This document shows positions 17,310 through 27,265 of a DNA stretch of 43,032 nucleotides, in pieces (position 1 is the first letter of the stretch; every line of letters starts with the position of its first letter). Origin of the DNA: a candidate division WOR-3 bacterium (GTDB lineage Bacteria > Hydrothermota > Tepidihabitantia > SM23-42 > JAOAFX01); the NCBI GenBank assembly GCA_039802145.1, contig JBDRWA010000002.1, positions 1-43,032 of the forward strand. The letters are read 5' to 3'. Under the pieces are notes generated by a model that saw only the letters and a list, made by a program, of their open reading frames with translations, ran no database searches and was not told where the DNA came from. The position numbers and the translations under genes were made by a program.

Positions 17310-19229
17310 TTATTTCCCCCGCACTGCCCACCAGTCTTTTTCACCAAGACCATCTCCATAGAATTTTCCTTCTATCCGTTCCCAATCATCTGAAATCTTC
17401 CCTTTTAAAATAATACGCCTTTTTGTTGTGGTCCAGTAAAACACATTGCGTTCCTTACAATTTACATTGCCATCGGCAAGAAAATCATTCTTTGAAATTA
17501 AACCATTTATCTCACCGCTATAAGTCATCTCCTCTTTAGGCTGGTGAAAGTATTTTATTTTAATCTGACCATTTTTTTGATTTATTGTCATTTTAAAAGA
17601 AGCATTATATGAAATTCCTTCCTGTCCAATCTTTCCTTTCCAGTCACCAACCAGGTTTTTAAGGGTAATAACGCCCAGATTCAGTGTCTCACCTGATATA
17701 AGGTTTATGTCTCTCGTAAATATTTGATAGCCCGGCATTCTCAATTCAATCTTATGCGGAATTGCCTGTATTTTTTCAGATATATAGGGTGTTTTGCCAA
17801 TGAGTATCCCATCAAGATATACATCTGCACTCTCGGGCTGAGAGTTTATTTGGAATACACCATAAATTGGAACAAGACTTGCATTGATCACGGTATTTTT
17901 AGCGAATCCAAGATTTACTCTTGCCTGCCAATTCTCATATCCTTGTCTTTCTATATCAACGATGTGAGACCCTATGAAGAGTTTTGGTGTTTCATAAACA
18001 CCCATTTTTTTATTTACCATTTCCATCCGTCTTCCATCAATTAAAATCGTTAAATCAGTTGCGGGTTCAACATTTATTATAATTCTATTGCGGGTCAAAT
18101 TCCACAATAAAATTACGATAATACAAACTGCAACTGCACTGCCAGCGATAAGCGATAATTTTCTAATAAAATTTCGCTGTGCGGTTAAAATCTCGGTTCT
18201 TGTTTTTTCCAGAATTTCCTGATATTGTTTATTCTCTGGATCACATTTAATTGCCCTTTCAAAAAAAGATAATGCTTCTCTCTTTTTGTTTTTATTTATT
18301 TTATCTGTACCAATCTTTGAAAAAATCAATGCCAGTTCTTTGCGTAATTGTTCATCTATTCTATCAAATGGTTCCTGTATCTTGGATATAAAATTTTCAG
18401 TTCCGTTAATATCTCCTTTGTCAAAACTGGCGAATGTCAGATGGGTATATATTGTATTCTGCATTTCATCATTTATTTCTTCTTTAGTTAACAACCTATT
18501 GAACATCTCAATAGCCCTGTCGTAGTTGCCATTTTCATAATAATATTTCCCGATCGCCATTCCCAGTTTTGTGTCTTCTATCTTCATCTCTTCCATCTTT
18601 TGATAATACTTAGCAAGCCCTTCCATATCATTCTGGTCGGTGAAATACTGGACAATCTCTTTGATGACCTGTTCATTATCGGGAACAAGTTGCTCTAATT
18701 TCTGTAATTCCAAAAATGTCTTTTCTTTATCACCCTTTTGTTTATAAAGATTTTTCATCAGCATATGAAATTCGACGCTCTCCGGTTTGATCTTGAGTAC
18801 CTTCTCACCTATGGCAATTGCTTCAATAGTTTTATTCTGAAGATAGTATACACGGAATAGACCGATAAGCGATTCTTCAGAATCAGGTTTGATGTGCAAA
18901 GCGGAACGGAATGACTTCTCAGCATTGCTGAGGTCATTTATTTTAAGATAAATCAACGCCGACTTGCTATGGGCATCAAAATTACTCGGGTCTATCCCTA
19001 ATGCGATTTTATACTCATCAAGTGCCTCATAAAGGAGTCCATTCCTTTGATAGAGGCTTCCAAGTTCAACACGCAAATTTACATCTTTAGGCTCAGATTC
19101 AATCTTTTTTCTTAAAAGATTGATGTGGGCAGTGGTTTCGGTGCTGAGGGTTATCAGGATTGTGCCGCAGGAATTACATAATTTATAATTGTCTTTTATT
19201 GGTTCACCACAATGAGAACAATTATTCAT
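17310..19229 (-). CDS. Zinc-ribbon / TPR / single-TM / PEGA-domain protein, function unknown
   Basis: N-terminal CSHCGEPI...CNSCG, multiple TPR units, the TM helix LSLIAGSAVAVCIIVILLW, and a PEGA-like SQPESADVYLDGILIGKTPY segment. Confidence 0.6.
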   Translation of the reverse strand: MNNCSHCGEPIKDNYKLCNSCGTILITLSTETTAHINLLRKKIESEPKDVNLRVELGSLYQRNGLLYEALDEYKIALGIDPSNFDAHSKSALIYLKINDLSNAEKSFRSALHIKPDSEESLIGLFRVYYLQNKTIEAIAIGEKVLKIKPESVEFHMLMKNLYKQKGDKEKTFLELQKLEQLVPDNEQVIKEIVQYFTDQNDMEGLAKYYQKMEEMKIEDTKLGMAIGKYYYENGNYDRAIEMFNRLLTKEEINDEMQNTIYTHLTFASFDKGDINGTENFISKIQEPFDRIDEQLRKELALIFSKIGTDKINKNKKREALSFFERAIKCDPENKQYQEILEKTRTEILTAQRNFIRKLSLIAGSAVAVCIIVILLWNLTRNRIIINVEPATDLTILIDGRRMEMVNKKMGVYETPKLFIGSHIVDIERQGYENWQARVNLGFAKNTVINASLVPIYGVFQINSQPESADVYLDGILIGKTPYISEKIQAIPHKIELRMPGYQIFTRDINLISGETLNLGVITLKNLVGDWKGKIGQEGISYNASFKMTINQKNGQIKIKYFHQPKEEMTYSGEINGLISKNDFLADGNVNCKERNVFYWTTTKRRIILKGKISDDWERIEGKFYGDGLGEKDWWAVRGK

Positions 19230-19599
19230 AACCCCTACCTTTTTTTGTCAAATACGCCATATAGTAAGTATATAAACATTCAATAATATGTCAAGGTGGT
19301 TCAGTAATGAACCTTCTCCATTTTTGTTAAATATGACGCTTTCTTCAGGTTAAATAAGAACTATAGAAATTTCATAAGACTTGTAGCGGCAGTCCGCTTC
19401 ACTTTATGGTGAATTGGGTTGAACCGAGACTCGGAGTGGCAGACCTTGGTCTGGAGATATTTGAAAAGCCGAGTAAACTCGGCTACTACATTTAATTAAT
19501 ATTGATATGTTGACTATAATAATCGTTAGGCAGTTTAAGAGTTAAAAATAATTTGAATAAATGTGGAGATGACTTAGAGATTGGCAGATGCCCTGCTGA

Positions 19600-19627
19600 T
19601 TGACTTTAATGATAAACCTGATATAAT
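19600..19627 (+). promoter_or_regulatory. Sigma70-type promoter TTGACT-16-TATAAT, 5 nt before ATG 19633
   Basis: TTGACT at 19600-19605 and TATAAT at 19622-19627, with no SD sequence. Confidence 0.55.
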
Positions 19628-19632
19628 TATCT

Positions 19633-19998
19633 ATGATTCAGCAATTAAATGAATTTAAATATCATGCTGAAACCGGGAAGGTATATATCGTATATTTTTT
19701 AAAATTCTGGAAGGATGTAGATGATTATGTAGTAAAATATCAAATTAGAGGGGTGGATAAAGATTTATTCTGGTATGGAAGGATATCAAAAGAAAGGGCT
19801 TTGATTGATTTAAAAATCGATTTAGATGGAGTTAAATCAATCTCTGAGGAAGAATTGGAAAAGAAGATTAAAGAACACATCATGGTTTTATTTACAACAG
19901 TTACTAAAAAAGGGCTGGATAGAGGATTTGAAGAATCGGATATTGAATTTGTATTTTATAAAGAGCCGTTTGTGACAAAAAGGGTTTGGAAAGGATAA
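19633..19998 (+). CDS. Hypothetical protein (121 aa)
   Basis: A clean ORF with coding-like composition and a promoter directly upstream. I recognise no motifs. Confidence 0.45.
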   Translation: MIQQLNEFKYHAETGKVYIVYFLKFWKDVDDYVVKYQIRGVDKDLFWYGRISKERALIDLKIDLDGVKSISEEELEKKIKEHIMVLFTTVTKKGLDRGFEESDIEFVFYKEPFVTKRVWKG

Positions 19999-20045
19999 TG
20001 TTTTTAGATTGTAAAGATGATGTTTTTATAATGAAAAAATAAGCC

Positions 20046-20073
20046 TTGCATTCTCCGGAAGGATAGGTATAAT
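20046..20073 (+). promoter_or_regulatory. Sigma70-type promoter TTGCAT-16-TATAAT, 5 nt before the polA GTG
   Basis: TTGCAT at 20046-20051 and TATAAT at 20068-20073. Confidence 0.5.
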
Positions 20074-20078
20074 ATGCA

Positions 20079-22517
20079 GTGAAAAAAATTTTACTACTTG
20101 ATGCCAATTCTTTGATATTTCGTGCCTATTTTGCCTTTATCAAGAACCCGTTGAGAAATTCAAAAGGGCAGAATACTTCAGGAATCTTTGGTTTTCTTAA
20201 TTCACTAAAAAAAATAAAGACAAAATTTGACAGTGAATTTATCGTACTGACATTTGACTCCCCGGGTGAGACCTTCAGAGATCGGGTTTTTAAAGAATAT
20301 AAGGCAACTCGTCCACCTGCCCCAAAAGATATTCCATTCCAGATTGAAAAAGTTAAGGAAATAAGTAATTATCTTGGTATTAAAAGCTTTGAGGTACGCG
20401 GTTATGAAGCGGATGATGTCCTTGCAACTCTGGCAAATAAATTGAAGGATTATGGCGAAGTCTATATTGTGAGTTCGGACAAAGACCTTATGCAACTCAT
20501 CTCGGACAATATATTTATCTATGATGTTTTTAATGATATTGTATATGACGCAGAAAAGGTAAAAGAAAAATTTGGTGTTGAACCCGCACGGATCGGTGAA
20601 TACCTTGCACTTTGTGGTGATTCAATTGATAACATTCCGGGTGTTCCGGGAATTGGCCCCCATCGGGCGCTTGAGATTTTAAAAAAATATCCGAACCTTG
20701 AAGCGGCAATGGAAAAAGAATCAAAATTAAAAGAGCATCGTGATGTGCTCATCCTCTCAAAAAAGCTTGTAAAGCTTGAGATGAACGCACCTATTGAAAT
20801 TAAACCTGAAGACTTGGCAATTAAGCATTTCGACACGGAAAATCTTTTAAAAGTCCTTTCTGAACTTGAATTTCATTCTTTAATAAAGGAATTTGCACCG
20901 AGGTTCGATGCAAAGAATTTTAATAAAAAAACCGGCATATCTGATGCTGCAATAAAAAAGGATGTCGGTATTGCGGTTTATGAAGATAAAGTTTTTTTAA
21001 GTTTTAATGAAGGCGAAATTTATATTACGACATTGAAGGATGGAGAAAAGATTATATCTGATACAGGGATAACAAAGATTGGATTTGATTTAAAAGATCT
21101 ATGCAAATCAATTCCCCTGACGCCACCACTATTTGATGTGAAGATTGCATCCTGGCTTATAGAGCCAAATATAAAGAACGACCGATTTGAAGATATCTGT
21201 CTAAAATATCTCCATAGTTATGTTGAATCATCGCCTGAAGCCATATCTAATCTCTCTTTGAAACTCTATCCCGTTTTAAAGAAAAGACTTGAAGAACTGG
21301 ATGAATTCATACTCTATAAGAAGATTGAAGAACCATTAATAAATGTGCTGGCAAAGATGGAAAAAAGGGGAATTGGTATTGATGTCAATTTTTTAAAGGA
21401 GTTAAAAAAACGACTTGAAAAGGATATTGGACTCCTTGCGGATGAATGTTATAAGAGCGCGGGTTGTGTCTTTAATATCAATTCGCCCAAGCAACTTGCG
21501 GAAATTTTATTTGGGAGACTGAAATTAACACCGGTGAAAAAAGGGAAGTCACATTATTCTACCGACTTTGAAGTGCTTCAGCAATTGAGTTTGAAACACG
21601 AATTACCCCGCAAAATCCTTGAATATCGGGAACTCGCAAAGGTTTCCAGCACATACATTGACCCGTTGATTGAACTGGCAAAAGATGGTAGAATACATAC
21701 CACATTCAATCAAACTGGAACTGCTACCGGCAGGCTTTCATCAAGTAATCCGAACCTCCAGAATATTCCAATCAGAAGTTACTGGGGAAATGAATTGAGA
21801 AAAGGATTTATTGCCCGGAATGGCTTTTTACTAATTTCTGCTGACTATTCCCAGATTGAATTGCGAATTCTTGCACATATAACCAAAGACAAAAACCTCA
21901 TTGATGCTTTTAAATCAGGACGCGATATTCATAACCATACTGCATCATTGATATTTAATATCCCTGAAGAAAAGGTGAATGAACATCAGAGACGGATAGC
22001 AAAAGTGGTAAATTATGGTTTGATTTACGGAATGAGTGAGTATGGACTTGCCCAGGAATTGGGTATATCCCAGGAGGAAGCAAACCAATTTATTCAGTCG
22101 TATTACACATTATATCCTGGTGTTGAAGAGTGGAGAAAAACGGCAATAAAGAGCGTTGAAGAAAAAGGCTATACCGAGACGATATTTGGTAGAAAAAGAC
22201 CTGTCCCTGAAATACATTCAGAAAATTTTAATATCAAAGAATCCGCAAAGAGACTGGCGATAAATACACCAATACAAGGGACCGCGGCGGATTTAATTAA
22301 AATTGCAATGATTGAGGTTGAAAAAAGGCTCTCGGATGCAAAATTTGCAAGCGGACTTGTATTATCGGTTCATGATGAACTTCTATTTGAAATAGAAGAG
22401 AAACGCGTTGAAGAGGCAAAAGAAATAATAAAGGATGTAATGGAAAATATCTATAAATTTGCGGTGCCGATTGAGGTGGATATAGGCACCGGAGAGAACT
22501 GGAAAAAGGCGCATTGA
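20079..22517 (+). CDS. polA: DNA polymerase I (5' nuclease + degenerate 3'-5' exo-like linker + family A polymerase)
   Basis: N-terminal LLLDANSLIFRAYFA and GYEADDVLATLA (5' nuclease). Polymerase motifs LISADYSQIELRILAH, RRIAKVVNYGLIYG and VLSVHDELLFE. I could not find the DxE / NxxxD / YxxxD exonuclease motifs by eye. Confidence 0.93.
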   Translation: MKKILLLDANSLIFRAYFAFIKNPLRNSKGQNTSGIFGFLNSLKKIKTKFDSEFIVLTFDSPGETFRDRVFKEYKATRPPAPKDIPFQIEKVKEISNYLGIKSFEVRGYEADDVLATLANKLKDYGEVYIVSSDKDLMQLISDNIFIYDVFNDIVYDAEKVKEKFGVEPARIGEYLALCGDSIDNIPGVPGIGPHRALEILKKYPNLEAAMEKESKLKEHRDVLILSKKLVKLEMNAPIEIKPEDLAIKHFDTENLLKVLSELEFHSLIKEFAPRFDAKNFNKKTGISDAAIKKDVGIAVYEDKVFLSFNEGEIYITTLKDGEKIISDTGITKIGFDLKDLCKSIPLTPPLFDVKIASWLIEPNIKNDRFEDICLKYLHSYVESSPEAISNLSLKLYPVLKKRLEELDEFILYKKIEEPLINVLAKMEKRGIGIDVNFLKELKKRLEKDIGLLADECYKSAGCVFNINSPKQLAEILFGRLKLTPVKKGKSHYSTDFEVLQQLSLKHELPRKILEYRELAKVSSTYIDPLIELAKDGRIHTTFNQTGTATGRLSSSNPNLQNIPIRSYWGNELRKGFIARNGFLLISADYSQIELRILAHITKDKNLIDAFKSGRDIHNHTASLIFNIPEEKVNEHQRRIAKVVNYGLIYGMSEYGLAQELGISQEEANQFIQSYYTLYPGVEEWRKTAIKSVEEKGYTETIFGRKRPVPEIHSENFNIKESAKRLAINTPIQGTAADLIKIAMIEVEKRLSDAKFASGLVLSVHDELLFEIEEKRVEEAKEIIKDVMENIYKFAVPIEVDIGTGENWKKAH

Positions 22518-23584
22518 TGCAGTTCTTTTTTATACCATTAATAATTTATTGTCAGATTGTCAGCCTTGAGCAAGGACAATTTTATGGTTTTGATTCACCA
22601 CCCTATCTAACACCAACATCATCACCATCCACTTCAATGGTGATTAATTGGAACACAAAATTGTCAGTGCCGAGCAGGATTGCTTTTGGAACAGACCTTT
22701 TATTAAAAGATACCATCAGGATAAATAAAAATACAAACTTTCATCACATAATTATCAATAATCTCAATCCTGGGACAGAATATTATTATAAAATCTTGCC
22801 GGATGGAGATATTAAGAAATTTAGAACTTTTCCACAGTCTCCAGATTCCTTTAATTTTATTGTCATTGGTGATACACGAACTGATTCTATAAGCCATCAG
22901 GCAGTAATTGATAGAATTGTACAATATGATTTTGAATTTATTGTTCATTCAGGAGATTTCGTTACCAGGGGTTACAGTTCTGACGATTGGAGGACATTTT
23001 TTAACATAACGGACAAAATCATTTCAAAAAAACCATTTTTGCCCACGATCGGCAATCATGAAAAGCCGTTCTGTCAGTATGATACCCTCTTTGCCCTGCC
23101 CGGATTAGAAGATTTTTACTCGGTGCGGTTTGCCAATCTTTGTATTATCTGTTTAAATACTGAGATTGAATTAAACGGTTATCAAAAGAAATGGCTTACA
23201 AACGAATTGAAATTTGTCTCTACTGATACGACGATTGACTGGATATTCGTGAATTTGCACAGGCCACCTTATTCTTCAGGGAGCCATGGTAGCGATATGA
23301 ATGTGCGCAAATCCTGGTGTCCTATATTTGAAGAATATGGTGTGGATATGGTATTTTGTGGTCATGACCATTCTTATGAGAGAACAAATGAAATAAATGG
23401 AGTGGTTTATATCGTCAGTGCCGGCGGTGGTGCTCCTCTTTACAATGTCGGGAAGAGTGAATGGACCGCATATTCAGAAAAGACCCATCATTTTTGTCTT
23501 GTAAAGATTAAACAGAAAGAATTGTTATTAAATGCAATAAAACCTGATGGATCGGTCTTTGATTCACTGAGGTTAAAAAAATGA
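22517..23584 (+). CDS. Secreted calcineurin-like metallophosphoesterase (purple acid phosphatase-like)
   Basis: A signal-like N-terminus, then GDTRTD, HSGDFV, GNHE, LHRPPYSSGSHG and GHDHSYER. The start overlaps the polA stop (TGATG). Confidence 0.85.
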   Translation: MQFFFIPLIIYCQIVSLEQGQFYGFDSPPYLTPTSSPSTSMVINWNTKLSVPSRIAFGTDLLLKDTIRINKNTNFHHIIINNLNPGTEYYYKILPDGDIKKFRTFPQSPDSFNFIVIGDTRTDSISHQAVIDRIVQYDFEFIVHSGDFVTRGYSSDDWRTFFNITDKIISKKPFLPTIGNHEKPFCQYDTLFALPGLEDFYSVRFANLCIICLNTEIELNGYQKKWLTNELKFVSTDTTIDWIFVNLHRPPYSSGSHGSDMNVRKSWCPIFEEYGVDMVFCGHDHSYERTNEINGVVYIVSAGGGAPLYNVGKSEWTAYSEKTHHFCLVKIKQKELLLNAIKPDGSVFDSLRLKK

Positions 23585-24453
23585 ATATCCCTGTTTTTGA
23601 CCTCCACTGTGATACACCTTTGAATATTAAAAAGAAAAAATTCAATCACCTGAAGCCCAGCCATCTTAATCCCGCGGTATTTTATGGAGCAATATTTGCC
23701 CATTTTATCTATCCAAAAGAAAAAAAGCCATTTGATGCAGGAATTAAACTCATTTTGCAAACGATAAATTATCTGAGAAACAGACGTGAAATAAATATTG
23801 TTTATACTTTTAAAAAAATCCTACCCAGTAAGATGAATATTATCCTCGGTGTTGAAGGCGGCCATATATTTGATGGTGAATTTACCCAGTTTGAGACACT
23901 TTATGAACTTGGGGTGAGGGTATTTACAATCACCTGGAATAATTCAAATAGATTTGCCCATTCGGCATTTGATAATGATAAAAAAGGATTAACAAGGAAA
24001 GGTAGGGAATTTATTAAATTACTTAAGGATTATGAAATAATAATCGATCTTTCCCACGCCTCAACTCGAACAGTAATAGAAGTTTGTGAAATCTGTGAAA
24101 ATCCGGTGATTGCCTCCCACTCGTGCATCAGGAGATTAAATCCATTTATCCGAAATATTGATGACCGGGCAATAAAAGAAATTGTTAATAGAAATGGCGT
24201 TATTGGTATAAACTTTTCTAAGAAACACCTTGGGACTCATAATGTAGTTGAGCATATTGACTATCTTTATAAAAATTTTGGAATTGATAGCGTGGGGCTG
24301 GGTAGTGATTTTGATGGAATCACTGATCCAATTTTGAAATGCCCTGAAGGATATATAAAAATTGGAAATATGCTAAGAGAAAAAGGTTATAGAGAAAACC
24401 AAATTGAAAAAATATTTCATAGAAATTTTTTGAGGACTCTCAGAAAATTATAA
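23581..24453 (+). CDS. Membrane (renal-type) dipeptidase, peptidase family M19
   Basis: Motifs DLHCDT, GVEGGH, ITWNNSN, DLSHAS, SHS and GLGSDFDG. ATGA overlap with the upstream gene. Confidence 0.85.
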   Translation: MNIPVFDLHCDTPLNIKKKKFNHLKPSHLNPAVFYGAIFAHFIYPKEKKPFDAGIKLILQTINYLRNRREINIVYTFKKILPSKMNIILGVEGGHIFDGEFTQFETLYELGVRVFTITWNNSNRFAHSAFDNDKKGLTRKGREFIKLLKDYEIIIDLSHASTRTVIEVCEICENPVIASHSCIRRLNPFIRNIDDRAIKEIVNRNGVIGINFSKKHLGTHNVVEHIDYLYKNFGIDSVGLGSDFDGITDPILKCPEGYIKIGNMLREKGYRENQIEKIFHRNFLRTLRKL

Positions 24454-24454
24454 A

Positions 24455-25600
24455 TTATGGTGTTACATCTGTATAACGCACGATAAATGCGGAATGCTCG
24501 TAAATTTCCTGGAGTTTAATATTTCTATCAATAAGAATTTTTTTTATTTCTGGTAACCTTCCTTTTACGATTTGGACATGGGCTTTTAATAACTCACAAT
24601 ATTGCTTTGTTCTTAATTTTGTGCCATAAAGAATTTGTATTGGACATCTTCCACCACAATAAAAGTGGATTTCGCAATTATAACAACCGAGTGTGTTTTT
24701 CAATGATAATATTTGATCAGAATTTTGTTTCAATTTTTTGCCAATCTCAAAGGGCAGGTCAACACAGGCAAGTATCTCTCCGCCCACAAGGTCATAATTT
24801 GTTTCTAATTCTGCACCGCAGGCAGTATGATTCCGGCATTTTCCGGTAATTAGATATAAAATCAATTCACTGAGATGGATAATGGGTAATAAAATTCCAT
24901 TATTTAAATTTTTTATATATTCATCAACGATTATTTTTAAATCGTTTATATAATTTTTATAATATTCAGAAAAATTTTGAAAGTCATCTTGGGTTTCGAG
25001 CCAGTGCCAGAAAAAATGATGAACAAGTCCTTGCCCGTATAAATTCATGAATTCATCAAAACATTTCATTAATGACTGTTCTTCGCGTAAGGTTGACCAC
25101 ATCAATATTTTCCCACGATATATATCTTTCACAAATACGAGATTTTCTCTGATTCTTTTGAGATCGGTTCCAATCCGCACCCGGTTATGCTGTTCTTCAT
25201 CTCCATCAATAGATACTGCATAAATCCAGATATTTCTTGCAATCTCTGGATATTCTTTAAAAAATTGGGCAAGAAATTCTCCATTGGTATAAATCATAAA
25301 TTTGACCCGGTTATTATCTTCACCTTTTCTCAAATCCTCAATTATCGGCACAAAGCGATGTGGTTCAAGGAGTGGCTCTCCGCCGTAAAAACAGATCGTT
25401 GCCGGCAGTTCTTTGTTTTTCTTGAGTATTTCTTTTATAATTTTTAAATCTCGTGCTACATTAATTTCCAATCCTTCGGGATTTAATCCGGAGTTATTTG
25501 TAATCGTTTGATTGATGCATTCCTGGCATCGAGCATTACACTTGCTTGTAACGAAAAGGTTGATGATCAGCCCTGTGTCCTCCTGAAAATCAGAATGCAT
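24455..25600 (-). CDS. Radical SAM enzyme with a SPASM-type C-terminal Cys-rich domain (peptide-maturase-like)
   Basis: CX3CX2C (CNARCQEC) near the N-terminus, then YGGEPLL. The C-terminus has C..HTACG...C and CYNCEIHFYCGGRCP. ATG 25600 is preceded by AGGAG. Confidence 0.8.
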   Translation of the reverse strand: MHSDFQEDTGLIINLFVTSKCNARCQECINQTITNNSGLNPEGLEINVARDLKIIKEILKKNKELPATICFYGGEPLLEPHRFVPIIEDLRKGEDNNRVKFMIYTNGEFLAQFFKEYPEIARNIWIYAVSIDGDEEQHNRVRIGTDLKRIRENLVFVKDIYRGKILMWSTLREEQSLMKCFDEFMNLYGQGLVHHFFWHWLETQDDFQNFSEYYKNYINDLKIIVDEYIKNLNNGILLPIIHLSELILYLITGKCRNHTACGAELETNYDLVGGEILACVDLPFEIGKKLKQNSDQILSLKNTLGCYNCEIHFYCGGRCPIQILYGTKLRTKQYCELLKAHVQIVKGRLPEIKKILIDRNIKLQEIYEHSAFIVRYTDVTP

Positions 25601-25665
25601 CACTAATGCTCCTCTTTAAGTTTGAATTGGTTTAAATTTTTGAAAGACCTGCTCTTAAAGATTTT

Positions 25666-25738
25666 CAATGGAGGTGAGCGGAGTCGAACCGCCGACCTAT
25701 GCGTTGCAAACGCATTGCTCTCCCAGCTGAGCTACACC
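25666..25738 (-). tRNA. tRNA-Ala (anticodon UGC)
   Basis: The reverse complement is GGGGGTGTAGCTCAGCTGGGAGAGCAATGCGTTTGCAACGCATAGGTCGGCGGTTCGACTCCGCTCACCTCCA. The G3:U70 identity pair is present. Confidence 0.93.
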
Positions 25739-25801
25739 CCCTGACAGATGGTCTTTGGTTATTGGGTTTGGAATTGAAATTTCCGAGCCCAAAACCTACA
25801 T

Positions 25802-26653
25802 TCAGAATTTTCCAAAATTTAAATCAATCCCGAAAGATTTGAAAAAAGTGGTTTCTTTGTTAAAGAACCTTTCTTGATTGAGATGAAAATCAATATTAAA
25901 TTCCCTTATGCGCAACCCAATTCCTGGTTCTACCGTCCATCCCTGAGGCACAAAATCTTCATCAAACTCTTCACGCGCACCCATTCTGAGATAGAAGGTT
26001 TTGTTCAATGGTAGTTCAAAACCTGCAAAGAAATAGGCGCGGTCAGGTGTAATATCGCCTTCACGCAATAAATATTCCAATCCCAATATCGCAAATCCAT
26101 CATTCAGAATGAGCCTCTGGAGTGCGAGACCGATATTGTGGCTTTGATAATCATAAGGAGCAGATTGAATATTCAATGAATACCTTGGGATGAGAATGTA
26201 TTCTGCCTTTCGCTTGAGCAATCTAAGATGGAAATCATAACCTTCGTTAAGATTTGTTTCATTATTGATAATGCCAGATAAATCAACCCGCATATCAATC
26301 GTTGCATAACCCAATCCAATGCCAAAGCGATAATGGTCTTTGACCGGTGAACCCATCATGCCGAGTTCAAATTTTTTTACAGTAATACCATAACCGATGT
26401 TGAAATTTTTATCCTGCCAGAAACCGACTCCACCATATTTTCCAATAGGTGTGATCACTACACCAAAATCGGTGCCTGATGAAAGTATATCTCCATAGAA
26501 ATTATTTGGAAATACATTTATGTGTTGTGGGTAGATGTCTATGTTCACCGGGTCATCTATATAATCGCCAATCATCAGGGTGTTCATTCTTGTCCAGTTT
26601 GCCCATACTGGACTTAGAATAATCATTAAGAGAGTAAAATTTATTATCTTCAT
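25802..26653 (-). CDS. Putative outer-membrane beta-barrel protein
   Basis: A signal peptide (LLMIILSPVWA), alternating hydrophobic/aromatic beta-strand patterning, and a C-terminal ...DLNFGKF ending in Phe. Confidence 0.55.
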   Translation of the reverse strand: MKIINFTLLMIILSPVWANWTRMNTLMIGDYIDDPVNIDIYPQHINVFPNNFYGDILSSGTDFGVVITPIGKYGGVGFWQDKNFNIGYGITVKKFELGMMGSPVKDHYRFGIGLGYATIDMRVDLSGIINNETNLNEGYDFHLRLLKRKAEYILIPRYSLNIQSAPYDYQSHNIGLALQRLILNDGFAILGLEYLLREGDITPDRAYFFAGFELPLNKTFYLRMGAREEFDEDFVPQGWTVEPGIGLRIREFNIDFHLNQERFFNKETTFFKSFGIDLNFGKF

Positions 26654-26658
26654 AAAAG

Positions 26659-26686
26659 ATTATATCCAGAATTCCAATTTAGTCAA
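26659..26686 (-). promoter_or_regulatory. Sigma70-type promoter TTGACT-16-TATAAT, 5 nt before ATG 26653
   Basis: On the minus strand, TTGACT is the complement of 26681-26686 and TATAAT the complement of 26659-26664. Confidence 0.6.
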
Positions 26687-26719
26687 TGCAGTATTTAAAT
26701 TATTAGCAAAAACACTATC

Positions 26720-27265
26720 CTATCTTCCTGATAGCAATCTCTTAAGTATATAACCAGTCATCACACGATTTAAATGTTCAAAACCAGCACTGCCGATAAG
26801 GTCGGTTATCTTAATCTCTGTCATGTAGCACTCATCGCTATCAATGTGTTTCTTTTCCACTTTTATTGGATATTCCACATCAAAGGCAAGCATAAACTCT
26901 TTAAGCGGAACATTGAAAATTCCCTTTTCTGAGTATTCAGAAATCAAACTTTCGATATCCCGGCGATTATGGGATAATCTTTCTATCTCTTTCTCAATCT
27001 CACCACGTGCACTGGTAATTTTTCCAAAGTAAAATTGTAATTCAGTGGGATTATTAATTTCTTTCAGTCTTTCAGAACCCTTTTTTAAAGCACCTTCAAG
27101 AAGACTGATTGCCTTTTGTAATTTATCTTGGGCATCCAAGAGAAAAGAAAAATATGCCTCAACAATCTGAACAGATGGTAATTTTTCAAGATTGTCAAAG
27201 AATAGCTGTCCAAACGGTTTACAGAATGGCCCTTTTTCTGTATCCTCCATATCATCAAATATCAT
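26720..27265 (-). CDS. Hypothetical protein (181 aa, soluble, helical or coiled-coil centre)
   Basis: An ORF that overlaps the upstream 71-aa gene by 4 nt (ATGA). No motif recognised. Confidence 0.5.
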   Translation of the reverse strand: MIFDDMEDTEKGPFCKPFGQLFFDNLEKLPSVQIVEAYFSFLLDAQDKLQKAISLLEGALKKGSERLKEINNPTELQFYFGKITSARGEIEKEIERLSHNRRDIESLISEYSEKGIFNVPLKEFMLAFDVEYPIKVEKKHIDSDECYMTEIKITDLIGSAGFEHLNRVMTGYILKRLLSGR

